Positions 48,596-57,050 of a stretch of DNA of 64,000 bases are shown piece after piece. Source of the DNA: Gammaproteobacteria bacterium (GTDB lineage Bacteria; Pseudomonadota; Gammaproteobacteria; Eutrophobiales; Eutrophobiaceae); NCBI GenBank assembly GCA_965116495.1, contig OZ220696.1, forward strand, positions 512,001-576,000, given 5' to 3'. The notes beneath the pieces are model-generated. The model was not told the origin of the DNA, did no database searches, and saw nothing but the letters and a program-made list of their open reading frames with translations. The position numbers and the translations under genes are program-made. The stretch's first letter is position 1; each line of letters starts with the position of its first letter.

Positions 48596-49897
48596 TCAAA
48601 TCCAGATCAGATAATTATAAATATACAACGCCGTGATGCACACGGTCAGCATTGCAAGTGCATAACCCGTATTCCAGCGCATTAGTGAAAACGAGGATAC
48701 GTGGAACCTGCCCTGTATGGCGAGGTTTATGCCGGAAAAGGGCGAAGCAACAATGCTGCTGCCCCACATCATCATCATGCACACGCCAAGCAGGTCGGCG
48801 TTATATGCGGCATTGCCGAGCAGGCTGCCCAGGATTGAAATGGTAATGATAGGGTGCATGCCGAGCAGTGAAAGCAGGATCGCCGCCAGTATGAACCCCC
48901 CGCCTGTCAGAGGTGACACGGTTGTTATGCCCAGAGAGATATCGCTGCTAATAACCAGGGTTGAAATGCCGGCTGACATGACCCCGGCGGCCAGGAACAA
49001 CATCAATTCCTTGTGCATATCGGGCAATCCGTAATGGATGTGGGAGCTGATCCGTTCGGTTACCGATAACGGGTCGCGAACGGCCAGCACAAGCACGGCC
49101 AGCAGAAAAGACAATACGGTTATCAGGGTCAGGACCGGGAAGTCAGGGAACAGGTTATTCAATAGAATCACTGCTGTTGACAGCAGGACAGGAATAAGCA
49201 GCGCTTCGAACCGCAACGGGTAGCCGCAGGTCTCGTGGCTGTCTTCGTCACGCAGCAGTTGCCATGTCGTGATAATCAGGCCGATCAGGGCAATGGGCAG
49301 ACCGGCCAGTACCAGGGTGATGAAATTTGATCCGGGAGCGTAAACCAGTGCGGTGGCAATGGAGACATAGAATGGCGACCAGTAACAACCGCTGCAGAAT
49401 GCCCGGGAGAACAGGATGGCCTGTAACCGATTGATCTTCCCTGCCTGCTCCATGCGGGCCCCGAATATCATGACAGCGGACAGGTTGATCACCGATGCAA
49501 ACATGTGCAGTCCCCAGGCGGTTTTCACCAGGGCTTTTTTACCCCTGGGGAGCGCGCTGTCCACCTGGTTGCCCGGCAGGCTGATCAGGCGCAGGAACGT
49601 GACCGAGGCGATCAAGGCTACGATATGGACATTGGCCGAAATCATCCGGGTAAAGTCCACCGGGTAGCCTTTGAGACCGACCCACACGATGCAGGAGAAA
49701 CCCACCAGCAGCATCCCCGAAATCTGATAGACCATGGTCAGGGGCAGGCGGCGGAACAACAACAGGGCCGCCGACCAGCCGAACAGGCCGGACCAAAGAG
49801 GTGAAACCAGGGGCGAAGTCGCTGCTGCGACCGCCAGCAACGCCATGATAAACAGGAGAATGCCCGGCAGCCTCCCGATTAGAGTTTGGTTTTCCAT
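48596..49897 (-). CDS. Multi-pass membrane protein, putative transporter
   Basis: 433 aa, about 12 hydrophobic segments, WSPF and GMHPII motifs; family not identified. Confidence 0.7.
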   Translation of the reverse strand: MENQTLIGRLPGILLFIMALLAVAAATSPLVSPLWSGLFGWSAALLLFRRLPLTMVYQISGMLLVGFSCIVWVGLKGYPVDFTRMISANVHIVALIASVTFLRLISLPGNQVDSALPRGKKALVKTAWGLHMFASVINLSAVMIFGARMEQAGKINRLQAILFSRAFCSGCYWSPFYVSIATALVYAPGSNFITLVLAGLPIALIGLIITTWQLLRDEDSHETCGYPLRFEALLIPVLLSTAVILLNNLFPDFPVLTLITVLSFLLAVLVLAVRDPLSVTERISSHIHYGLPDMHKELMLFLAAGVMSAGISTLVISSDISLGITTVSPLTGGGFILAAILLSLLGMHPIITISILGSLLGNAAYNADLLGVCMMMMWGSSIVASPFSGINLAIQGRFHVSSFSLMRWNTGYALAMLTVCITALYIYNYLIWI

Positions 49898-49969
49898 GAA
49901 ATCCTGGCGGGATCTGAACTAATCTGATACCCTGCCGTCTCTGATAAACAACTGTAAAGGGAGTTACCG

Positions 49970-50257
49970 ATGAGCATAATGATTAGCGAACTCTATGACG
50001 CCTTGACGGAGGCCGGATCCAGTACTCAGAGCGCGCGCCAGGCCGCACAAGCCGTCGCTAACCTGGACACTCGGATGGCCAACATAGAAGCTCGAATGAT
50101 TAATATAGAAGCTCGGATGACTAATATAGAAACGGAAATCAAGATGCTTAAATGGATGATGGGGTTTATGATGGTTCTGCTGGTTGCGATACTGGGAATA
50201 AATTTCCAAATGTACATAGAAGTGCTTGAAATCCTTAAATCAGCCTCTTCTAACTGA
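49970..50257 (+). CDS. Small coiled-coil, tail-anchored membrane protein (DUF1640/CCDC90-like)
   Basis: ELYDALTEAG head, three RMxNIE heptads, LKWMMG followed by a TM helix. GGGAG RBS. Confidence 0.7.
   Translation: MSIMISELYDALTEAGSSTQSARQAAQAVANLDTRMANIEARMINIEARMTNIETEIKMLKWMMGFMMVLLVAILGINFQMYIEVLEILKSASSN
50069..50131 (+). repeat. 3 x 21-bp coding tandem repeat
   Basis: ACTCGGATGGCCAACATAGAA GCTCGAATGATTAATATAGAA GCTCGGATGACTAATATAGAA. Confidence 0.85.
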
Positions 50258-51089
50258 CTTCCTGGCCGGCTTCAAGCAAAAAATTTGTAACCAGTTGATT
50301 GAAGCGCCGGTTGTGCTCTATCTGGGTCCAATGGCCGCAGTTGCCGAAAATATGCAGTTGCGAGTTCCTGATGCACCTGAACAGGTCTTGTGAGCATGAC
50401 ACTGGGATAACCATGTCGTCCCTGCCGTGAATGATGAGGGTTTCGTGTTCGATATTTTTGACATCGGCTTCCCGGCTGCATATTTTCCTGATGCCGTCCT
50501 GCCTGGGCGCCGGGAACATCGCCGCGTAGGCTTCCTGTACTCCCGGCCGCATACTTGCTTCATACCGGAGTTGGGCCAGTTCATCGGTCACCAGCGCGCG
50601 GTTAAAAGCGAACAGGTCCAGCAGCTTGCGCATGTTCTCCAGCGAGGGCGTATAACCCCAGGTAATATCCAATCCTTCCGTCAGTTCAAATTCAACACCG
50701 ACACTGCCCATCAGCACCAGGCGCGAGACCCGATCGGGAGCATATATCGCCAGCGCAACGGACAATGCGCCGCCAAAGGAGTTCCCGACCACGTGGGCTC
50801 TTTCAATTTGCATGGCGTCAAGAAAATCGAGCGCGTGTCTGAGCCAGGTTTCCATGTCGTAACTGATACCTTCAGGTCGTTCGGTAAACCCGAAACCAAC
50901 AATGTCGGGAGCGACCGTACGAAAGTTTTTCGCCAGGTGAGGGATAACCAGACGCCAGTTCGCCCAGGCGCTGACCCCGGGACCTGATCCGTGCAGTAGA
51001 ACTACCGGGGCGCCTGCTCCCTGGTCATGGTAGTTGGTCATGATGCCGCCGGCATTGATCGAGGAGCCGATTTCCGGAGAGGTATTCAT
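50250..51089 (-). CDS. xylF: Meta-cleavage product hydrolase (2-hydroxymuconic semialdehyde hydrolase, XylF/DmpD/TodF type)
   Basis: PEIG..I.AGGI.TNYHD.G, HGSGPGVSAWANWR, GNSFGG, LVLMG, HGRDD, CGHWTQIEH. Confidence 0.88.
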   Translation of the reverse strand: MNTSPEIGSSINAGGIMTNYHDQGAGAPVVLLHGSGPGVSAWANWRLVIPHLAKNFRTVAPDIVGFGFTERPEGISYDMETWLRHALDFLDAMQIERAHVVGNSFGGALSVALAIYAPDRVSRLVLMGSVGVEFELTEGLDITWGYTPSLENMRKLLDLFAFNRALVTDELAQLRYEASMRPGVQEAYAAMFPAPRQDGIRKICSREADVKNIEHETLIIHGRDDMVIPVSCSQDLFRCIRNSQLHIFGNCGHWTQIEHNRRFNQLVTNFLLEAGQEVS

Positions 51090-51214
51090 GGGTATATCCT
51101 TGTTTGAAATATTATATTTATCGATTATTACATAAAAAATCGATATTTTGTCAGGTCTAATTTATTTGAGCGGTAATTCCCTGGAAAATTTTGGCTGTTA
51201 CCATGTAAACTGAT

Positions 51215-51973
51215 ATGCAAAAGACCGGCGCGAGGTTACTTGCAGTGAATGGTTCGGAAAAAAAACAGTTTGTCCTGGTTCACGGCGCCTGGCATGGCGC
51301 CTGGTGTTGGGAGAAGGTCACGCCGCTGCTTACCGGTGCAGGGCATGGAGTCCATACGCTCGACCTGCCGGGGTTGGGCAGCGACCCCACGCCTGTTGCT
51401 GAAGTCACCCTGGATTCCTACGTAAACGCCGTCAGGGACCTGATCCTGGAGATCGGAGAAAGCGTTATCCTGGTCGGTCACAGCATGGGTGGCCTGATTA
51501 TCACCCAAACTGCGGAACTGGTCCCTGACAAGGTACGCGCCCTGGGTTACCTGGCAGCGTTTTCACCGGCAGATGGTGAAACGCTGTTTCAGCATGCCAT
51601 GGCCGACACCGCATCTCATGTCACGCGTTTCAACCAGGTAAATGAAGCGGAAGGCTACTTTACCGTCCCGCCCGATAAGCTGCCGGAATGCTTCTACGGT
51701 CTGTGCAGTGAGGAGGATACGAACAATGCCATCGCCCGTCTGCGGCCGCAACCGCTGGCGCCGCTGTTACAACCTGTCCATATCACCCCGGAAAACTACG
51801 GACGGGTGCGCCGTTGCTATATCGAATGCACCAAGGACCAGGCCCTGACCTGGCCGATGCAGCAGCAGATGCAGAAAAAGGCAAGACTGGATGCGTTGCT
51901 GACCGTTGAAACGGACCACTCACCGTTTTATTCGTGCCCGGGAGACCTGGTTGACTGCCTGGTCAGGCTCTAG
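51215..51973 (+). CDS. Alpha/beta-fold esterase (SABP2/methylesterase-like)
   Basis: FVLVHGAWHGAWCW, GHSMGG, YIECTKD, DHSPF. Confidence 0.88.
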   Translation: MQKTGARLLAVNGSEKKQFVLVHGAWHGAWCWEKVTPLLTGAGHGVHTLDLPGLGSDPTPVAEVTLDSYVNAVRDLILEIGESVILVGHSMGGLIITQTAELVPDKVRALGYLAAFSPADGETLFQHAMADTASHVTRFNQVNEAEGYFTVPPDKLPECFYGLCSEEDTNNAIARLRPQPLAPLLQPVHITPENYGRVRRCYIECTKDQALTWPMQQQMQKKARLDALLTVETDHSPFYSCPGDLVDCLVRL

Positions 51974-52016
51974 GATGATAAATCAATGTGAATGCGAGTT
52001 GACCGCGTGCTACAAA

Positions 52017-53495
52017 TCAATATCGCTCGAAATATTCCTGCTGTTCCCAGTTGGTAACAGATGACAGGAATCGGTGGATTTCCTGCTGCTTCAGTCCCAG
52101 GTAATAATTCACGAATGTCTCGCCGAATGAATCCAGGAATAGTTTCGATTCTTGTAGCGCGGTAATCGATTCCATCAGACTGCGGGGTAGAGCAGGCATT
52201 TCTATCTGGGTGTAAGGGTCGCTGACAGGTGGGCCCGGGTCACTCTTCATTTTCAATCCATCAAGACCGGCTACCACCTGTGAGGCAATGAACAGGTAGG
52301 GATTCGCTGCGGGTTCACCCGAACGGTTTTCAATATGAGTAACAGGGTCGTCGCCACCGCCCACCAACCGCAGGTATGCAGCTTTATTGTCTATTGACCA
52401 CACTGCACGATTAGGCGCCAAGGGATTGGCATTAAGGCGTTTATAACCGTTAATGGTTGGGTTGGAAAATGCCGTACATGCGGCAGCGTGGTTGATCAAT
52501 CCACCGACGTAATGTCGTCCGGCAACAGATAACAGAGCCCCGCGTTGACTGGTAGCAAAGGCATTTTCACCTTCGTCAGCGGTAGTTAATGATTGATGTA
52601 AATGCCAGCCCGATGAGTAAGCATTGGGCAGTGCAGGCTTGCACATAAAGGTGACTAGACAGTCATTACGTTTAGCTACCTGTTTCAATGTCGAACGTAA
52701 AAGTACCATGGTGTCAGCAGCGTCGAGAGCGGACTGCGGATCCAATGTGATCTCACATTGTCCGGGTCCCCACTCATCTTCAATGGACCGGACCGGCAAA
52801 CCCAATGCTTGCAGATGCTCATACATTGAATACATTATTGATGAATGGGCATCGATTTCCTGTTCGGACTGGTATTGATATCCGTGAGTCAGCGGTACAA
52901 CTGAAGGAGGAATGGCCGGTTGTGTTGATGCCTCCATGGTAAGGTTGGCATCGTCAATACGAAACAGGTGAAACTCTACCTCAAGTCCGATTATCAGTTC
53001 ATATCCTGCCTGGTCCAGTCTTTTGAGTTGCCTGCTCAGTAAAGCACGAGGCGAAAATGGCATAGGCTTGCCGGATTTCAGGTACAGGTCACATAATACC
53101 CATCCCGTATCCGGAGCCCAGGGAAGAATCCGGAAGGTTGCGGGGTCAGGAACCATTAGCATGTCTCCGGCGCCCCCCATCTCATCATTGCCAAAACCGC
53201 CGTCATCAGCGAATACCGGCAGGTAAATTATATTGGCAGTATCCATGGCAAAGAGTGCATGAGTACATGCGATGCCGTTGGCAAGAGAATCGAGAAAATG
53301 TGTCACAGGTAACACCTTGCCGCGACTGATACCATGTTGGTCACAATACACTGCACGCACGAACTTCAGGTTTTTTTTCTTGATATCTTCAGCCAGGTCT
53401 TGCGCAGACTTGCGCTGACCTGAATCCCAGAGCTCGTGCCGGGCGATAAACTGATTACGCCCTATTGCTACACCACTTTTTTTTCTCGGTGCCAT
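52017..53495 (-). CDS. Glutamine-synthetase-like gamma-glutamyl ligase, AtdA1/TdnQ type
   Basis: FIARHELW N-terminus, DQHGISRGK, MVPDPATFRILPWA, GLEVEF, EDEWGPGQ.E, SGWHLHQS, LAPNRAVWSIDNKAA, IENRSGEPAANPYL. Confidence 0.88.
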   Translation of the reverse strand: MAPRKKSGVAIGRNQFIARHELWDSGQRKSAQDLAEDIKKKNLKFVRAVYCDQHGISRGKVLPVTHFLDSLANGIACTHALFAMDTANIIYLPVFADDGGFGNDEMGGAGDMLMVPDPATFRILPWAPDTGWVLCDLYLKSGKPMPFSPRALLSRQLKRLDQAGYELIIGLEVEFHLFRIDDANLTMEASTQPAIPPSVVPLTHGYQYQSEQEIDAHSSIMYSMYEHLQALGLPVRSIEDEWGPGQCEITLDPQSALDAADTMVLLRSTLKQVAKRNDCLVTFMCKPALPNAYSSGWHLHQSLTTADEGENAFATSQRGALLSVAGRHYVGGLINHAAACTAFSNPTINGYKRLNANPLAPNRAVWSIDNKAAYLRLVGGGDDPVTHIENRSGEPAANPYLFIASQVVAGLDGLKMKSDPGPPVSDPYTQIEMPALPRSLMESITALQESKLFLDSFGETFVNYYLGLKQQEIHRFLSSVTNWEQQEYFERY

Positions 53496-53514
53496 TAACC
53501 TTATTTTAAGTCTG

Positions 53515-54117
53515 TTATAGAAAAAAAGTATTGTTTTCTTGTGGAAGATCAGCGTCGATGAGGTTTATCTGTTTGACCACAATCAACCATTTATCACCGT
53601 AGTATCCCAGTTCATAACCACTCCAACCGGAAAGAATACGATGTCGTCCCTTGAATAGCGCATCGATAATGAAGCTTGCTCTTGCAAGCACTCGTTTTTC
53701 TGCACCGCACCAAAGCTCAATGTTACTGAGCAAGTGGCGTGTGCGGACAGGTGGAACCATGGAATAAGCAAGGCCTGTGTGAATCCGCGCAACCCGATCT
53801 TCCAGGCGGCGACGGTCGTGTATCTCCAGTGTTACTTCCGTACGCGGGTCTGCCTGTGCACGTCCGGAAGGAATCCAGTAGATGCATTCCTGCGCAAAAC
53901 ATTCCAGCCAATTTTCCAGTTGCAGTTCATCGGCAAATCGGGCCTCTGCGAACAGCGCCGACTCACAGTCCTGACAGGTGATTGCATCCGGGCGTTCATC
54001 ATGTCGTATCGGCTTTGTACGTTGCCATTCTTCCACCAGGGAGAGGATTCTGTCGTATAACGCATCATCGACATAATAGGAAATTTGTGACGGGTTTTTT
54101 TCCGGAGACGCTGCCAT
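53515..54117 (-). CDS. Ring-hydroxylating dioxygenase beta subunit (AtdA4/TdnA2-like)
   Basis: SYYVDDALY extension, LFAEAR..W...YWIP, DRRRLEDRVARI, RTRHLLSN. Confidence 0.88.
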   Translation of the reverse strand: MAASPEKNPSQISYYVDDALYDRILSLVEEWQRTKPIRHDERPDAITCQDCESALFAEARFADELQLENWLECFAQECIYWIPSGRAQADPRTEVTLEIHDRRRLEDRVARIHTGLAYSMVPPVRTRHLLSNIELWCGAEKRVLARASFIIDALFKGRHRILSGWSGYELGYYGDKWLIVVKQINLIDADLPQENNTFFL

Positions 54118-54124
54118 TGGGCTA

Positions 54125-55456
54125 TTATCCTGACACTAATTCCGGTTCAGTGCTCATTAACCGTTTCCATTCGGCAAAATATGATCGCATGTGCAGGTCA
54201 GATGACATGGGAGCCGTCACTACGCCCTGTTCGTCAACCTGTTCCGTCCCCGTTTCAAGGTGTCGGCTGATATCTACCCATTCCATCTCTACTACTGCCA
54301 TGCCCTCAAAACAGGACTCAAAATTTGCATTGTCGTCAACTTCACCAAATATCGGAAAATCTTCTTGCGTGCGCATGCGCAAGGTGTTGACCATGGGTGG
54401 TATATTATCTATCGAGGTCGCATACCAGATCATGTCCGTTTTATCGACTGTCAGGGGAATCAACATTTGGATCTGGTTACCGACGAACAACAAGTTGGGG
54501 AAGATAGACAGGTTCATGCCCGCACCGGTGGCGATCTCCAACAATTCCAGCGCTTTTGCCTTGCCGACTTCATGAGTGAGTTGCTCCACTATGACTTCAC
54601 GTCCGGGTTGCGGGCGCTGTCGCTCAAATGCTGAGTTTTCATACATGCATGGGCGTTGGTCCAGGAAGGTATGGCCGTTGCCCAGGGCCTGCGAATACAT
54701 GGGCGTTTCATCAATATTACCACTGAAATAATCGATATCGCGAGCTTTGCCATAACGCCGGTTAGTCATGCGTAACAACGATTGATGCGAATACTCGGGA
54801 TGGTAGCCGTCACCTGCATTATCGTATATACACTTCCAATTACTGTTGACCATGTAGCGTTGTGCGCCGCTGACACGTATTGCCTCTGAGTCTCCGCCAT
54901 TGTGGTCTATCCATTCATCAATGCGGTTTGCCGCAGGACCCAGGTGATCAACAAGCGGCTTTTCTCCCTTGGCGGGATTCAGCGTTCCGAAAATGAAGCC
55001 GCGGTAATCGCTGACGTATGGAATATGGGCAAGGTTACGGCTACTTCTATCAAATGTTGCACCATAGGCAGATTCAATTGGGATTCCAACACAGTCGCCG
55101 TTATTGCGAAAAGTCCAGCCGTGATAACCGCAGGTAAAATATTGGGCCTTTCCAGTCGCCGTGCGGCACACTCGAGCACCGCGGTGTGTGCAGCGGTTAA
55201 CGAGCGCATGTAATTGCCCGTCTTTATCTTTGGTAACGATGAGAGGACGCGAACCGAAGTTCCGGGTAACGAAACTGTGGGGTTCGGTTAATTCACTTTT
55301 ATGTGCCAGATAAACCCAGGTGCCGCCAAAGATACGTTGTTGTTCTAGCCCGAATATCGCCGGATCAGCATACAATGATCTATGTACCCGACCGGGTTGT
55401 ACCAGGTGGTCCCACTTGTATTGTGGTCCAGTCCGTGAATTGAAAAGCTCGGTCAC
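54125..55456 (-). CDS. Rieske oxygenase alpha subunit, aniline dioxygenase (AtdA3/TdnA1) type
   Basis: CTH..CGYH, DNAGDGYH..SHQSLL.MT..RYG, QRPQPGRE, GAGMNL.IFPNLL, RMRTQEDFP..GEVDD.ANFESC. GTG start. Confidence 0.9.
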   Translation of the reverse strand: MTELFNSRTGPQYKWDHLVQPGRVHRSLYADPAIFGLEQQRIFGGTWVYLAHKSELTEPHSFVTRNFGSRPLIVTKDKDGQLHALVNRCTHRGARVCRTATGKAQYFTCGYHGWTFRNNGDCVGIPIESAYGATFDRSSRNLAHIPYVSDYRGFIFGTLNPAKGEKPLVDHLGPAANRIDEWIDHNGGDSEAIRVSGAQRYMVNSNWKCIYDNAGDGYHPEYSHQSLLRMTNRRYGKARDIDYFSGNIDETPMYSQALGNGHTFLDQRPCMYENSAFERQRPQPGREVIVEQLTHEVGKAKALELLEIATGAGMNLSIFPNLLFVGNQIQMLIPLTVDKTDMIWYATSIDNIPPMVNTLRMRTQEDFPIFGEVDDNANFESCFEGMAVVEMEWVDISRHLETGTEQVDEQGVVTAPMSSDLHMRSYFAEWKRLMSTEPELVSG

Positions 55457-55502
55457 TATCCGGATTTCCCTTGATTAAAAAACTGGATTGCGTATCTGCC
55501 TC

Positions 55503-55536
55503 AACAGAAAACAGGGCGATATTTTACATCGCCCTG
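55503..55536 (-). terminator. Intrinsic terminator-like hairpin between the DUF1329 gene and the dioxygenase genes
   Basis: Stem CAGGGCGAT..ATCGCCCTG followed on the minus strand by TTTTCTGTT. Confidence 0.6.
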
Positions 55537-55590
55537 AAGCAAGCCAAGTATCAGAGCATTACTTTTATTGTTGATTAAAGTATATATGTG

Positions 55591-57006
55591 TTATTGATAA
55601 TCCCGCAGTTGGTCAACGTCAAACATTTCTTCCGAAACCCGTTCGTCCCGGTCTTCCCATGCCGGGTCCATGAATAAGGTTGACATGCGTTTGGTAACGT
55701 AGTTATTGACCATACAGTAACGCCACATGGCATCCCCTTCCGTCGGACGCCAGGCGCGACTGTCTTCCCAATTCCTGAATTTGTTACCTCTCGGATCTTC
55801 CGTGAGGTGGTACTGCATGTAATAGAACTCCTTATCGACCCATGTCCTGCGTTTGGAATATATGTATTTGCCGGTTTTGTCGATAATATCCAGGATCCAT
55901 ACCGGACGTAACTCCACTTCCAGTGACTTAAAATTGCACTGATCTTCCGTCAGTACGGCAGAATCATAAATATAACCCACTTCGGGTGATGTCAGGATAA
56001 AGCCTTCTCCGGCCAGCACGTAATCGAATTTGCTTACATCGGTTTTACCCCAGTATGCACGCCAGTCGTCCCAGATCAGTTCCTGCCCTGATGCAATCGG
56101 ATCCTGTGCATCAGACCCGGTTAAGATGCGGGTGCGGCGCAAACTGGGGATAAATACCTTGAAATCATCATCCTTGTCGGCATCGGGATAGCGCTGGCGG
56201 ACGCCGGCAAGGCCGCGAATATCCAGAGGTTCAAGGAAGAATATCGAACCTCCCTCTATGAAATCCTCTTTTCCGTCTATCTCGCCCAAAGGACCGGTAT
56301 TTTTTCGATTATGATAATGCCACCACCACAAATCAGCCTTGTATTCGCTGTCAAGTCGTCCCCCTGCCGTACAGGCGCGCATATGGATAGGCTCAAAGTT
56401 CAGTGTATCAGTGTTTACTGAATGAGCCACATATGACCAGTTTAATTCCAGGCCGTTTTTTGGATTCAGAAACGGGATGGAGGTGGCTCCAGCACCGGCC
56501 ATCAATGCGTAACTTCCATCCGGATAAAGCAGTTCGCCATCTTCATTGATAACCAGTTCGATCCCTTTTTCCTTCAATTCTTTGGTCCCTTCCAGGTACC
56601 CTTTGTGCATGTAATAGGTATTGGTTGGAACGATGGTGATTTCAGCAATGTTGCTCCATGATGAAGACAAATGTTCTATGAATTCCAGAGGCATATAATC
56701 CTTTAACCAGGGATATTGATCCACATTATCCTTGGTAATTTTAAGGCCCGGCTTTAATTCTGCCGGCAGGTCCGCTTGTTCCATGAGGTCATAAGCGTCA
56801 TATCCTCTTAATTCTCTCCACTCTGCGGCCAGCGCAATTGCCTCGGGCTTTGAGATTTCCTCCACCCACCTGGCATGATTAGGATTACCGCTTGATGCGG
56901 CAAAGGCCTGCCATGCTTCCAGTGCTTTATTCGAATCAGCATGGATGGCCGGGCTGAGAAAAAAGCTAAAAAGACAAATTATCAAGACTATAATTTTATT
57001 GTTCAT
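55591..57006 (-). CDS. DUF1329-family exported protein (AupB-like, LolA-like fold)
   Basis: Signal peptide; ITKDNVDQY, PF..PKNG.E..W, P.DIRG, FIPSLRRTR, YSKRRTWVD. Start set at ATG 57006 after GGAG. Confidence 0.78.
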   Translation of the reverse strand: MNNKIIVLIICLFSFFLSPAIHADSNKALEAWQAFAASSGNPNHARWVEEISKPEAIALAAEWRELRGYDAYDLMEQADLPAELKPGLKITKDNVDQYPWLKDYMPLEFIEHLSSSWSNIAEITIVPTNTYYMHKGYLEGTKELKEKGIELVINEDGELLYPDGSYALMAGAGATSIPFLNPKNGLELNWSYVAHSVNTDTLNFEPIHMRACTAGGRLDSEYKADLWWWHYHNRKNTGPLGEIDGKEDFIEGGSIFFLEPLDIRGLAGVRQRYPDADKDDDFKVFIPSLRRTRILTGSDAQDPIASGQELIWDDWRAYWGKTDVSKFDYVLAGEGFILTSPEVGYIYDSAVLTEDQCNFKSLEVELRPVWILDIIDKTGKYIYSKRRTWVDKEFYYMQYHLTEDPRGNKFRNWEDSRAWRPTEGDAMWRYCMVNNYVTKRMSTLFMDPAWEDRDERVSEEMFDVDQLRDYQ

Positions 57007-57050
57007 TACTTTACACTCCTCCGTTCTGGGTCTTATGTGTATCACAGTTT

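Noticed and set aside
52017-53495. Housekeeping glutamine synthetase GlnA
   Set aside because: Motifs and context match the GS-like gamma-glutamyl ligases of aromatic-amine pathways, and there are no ntrBC neighbours.
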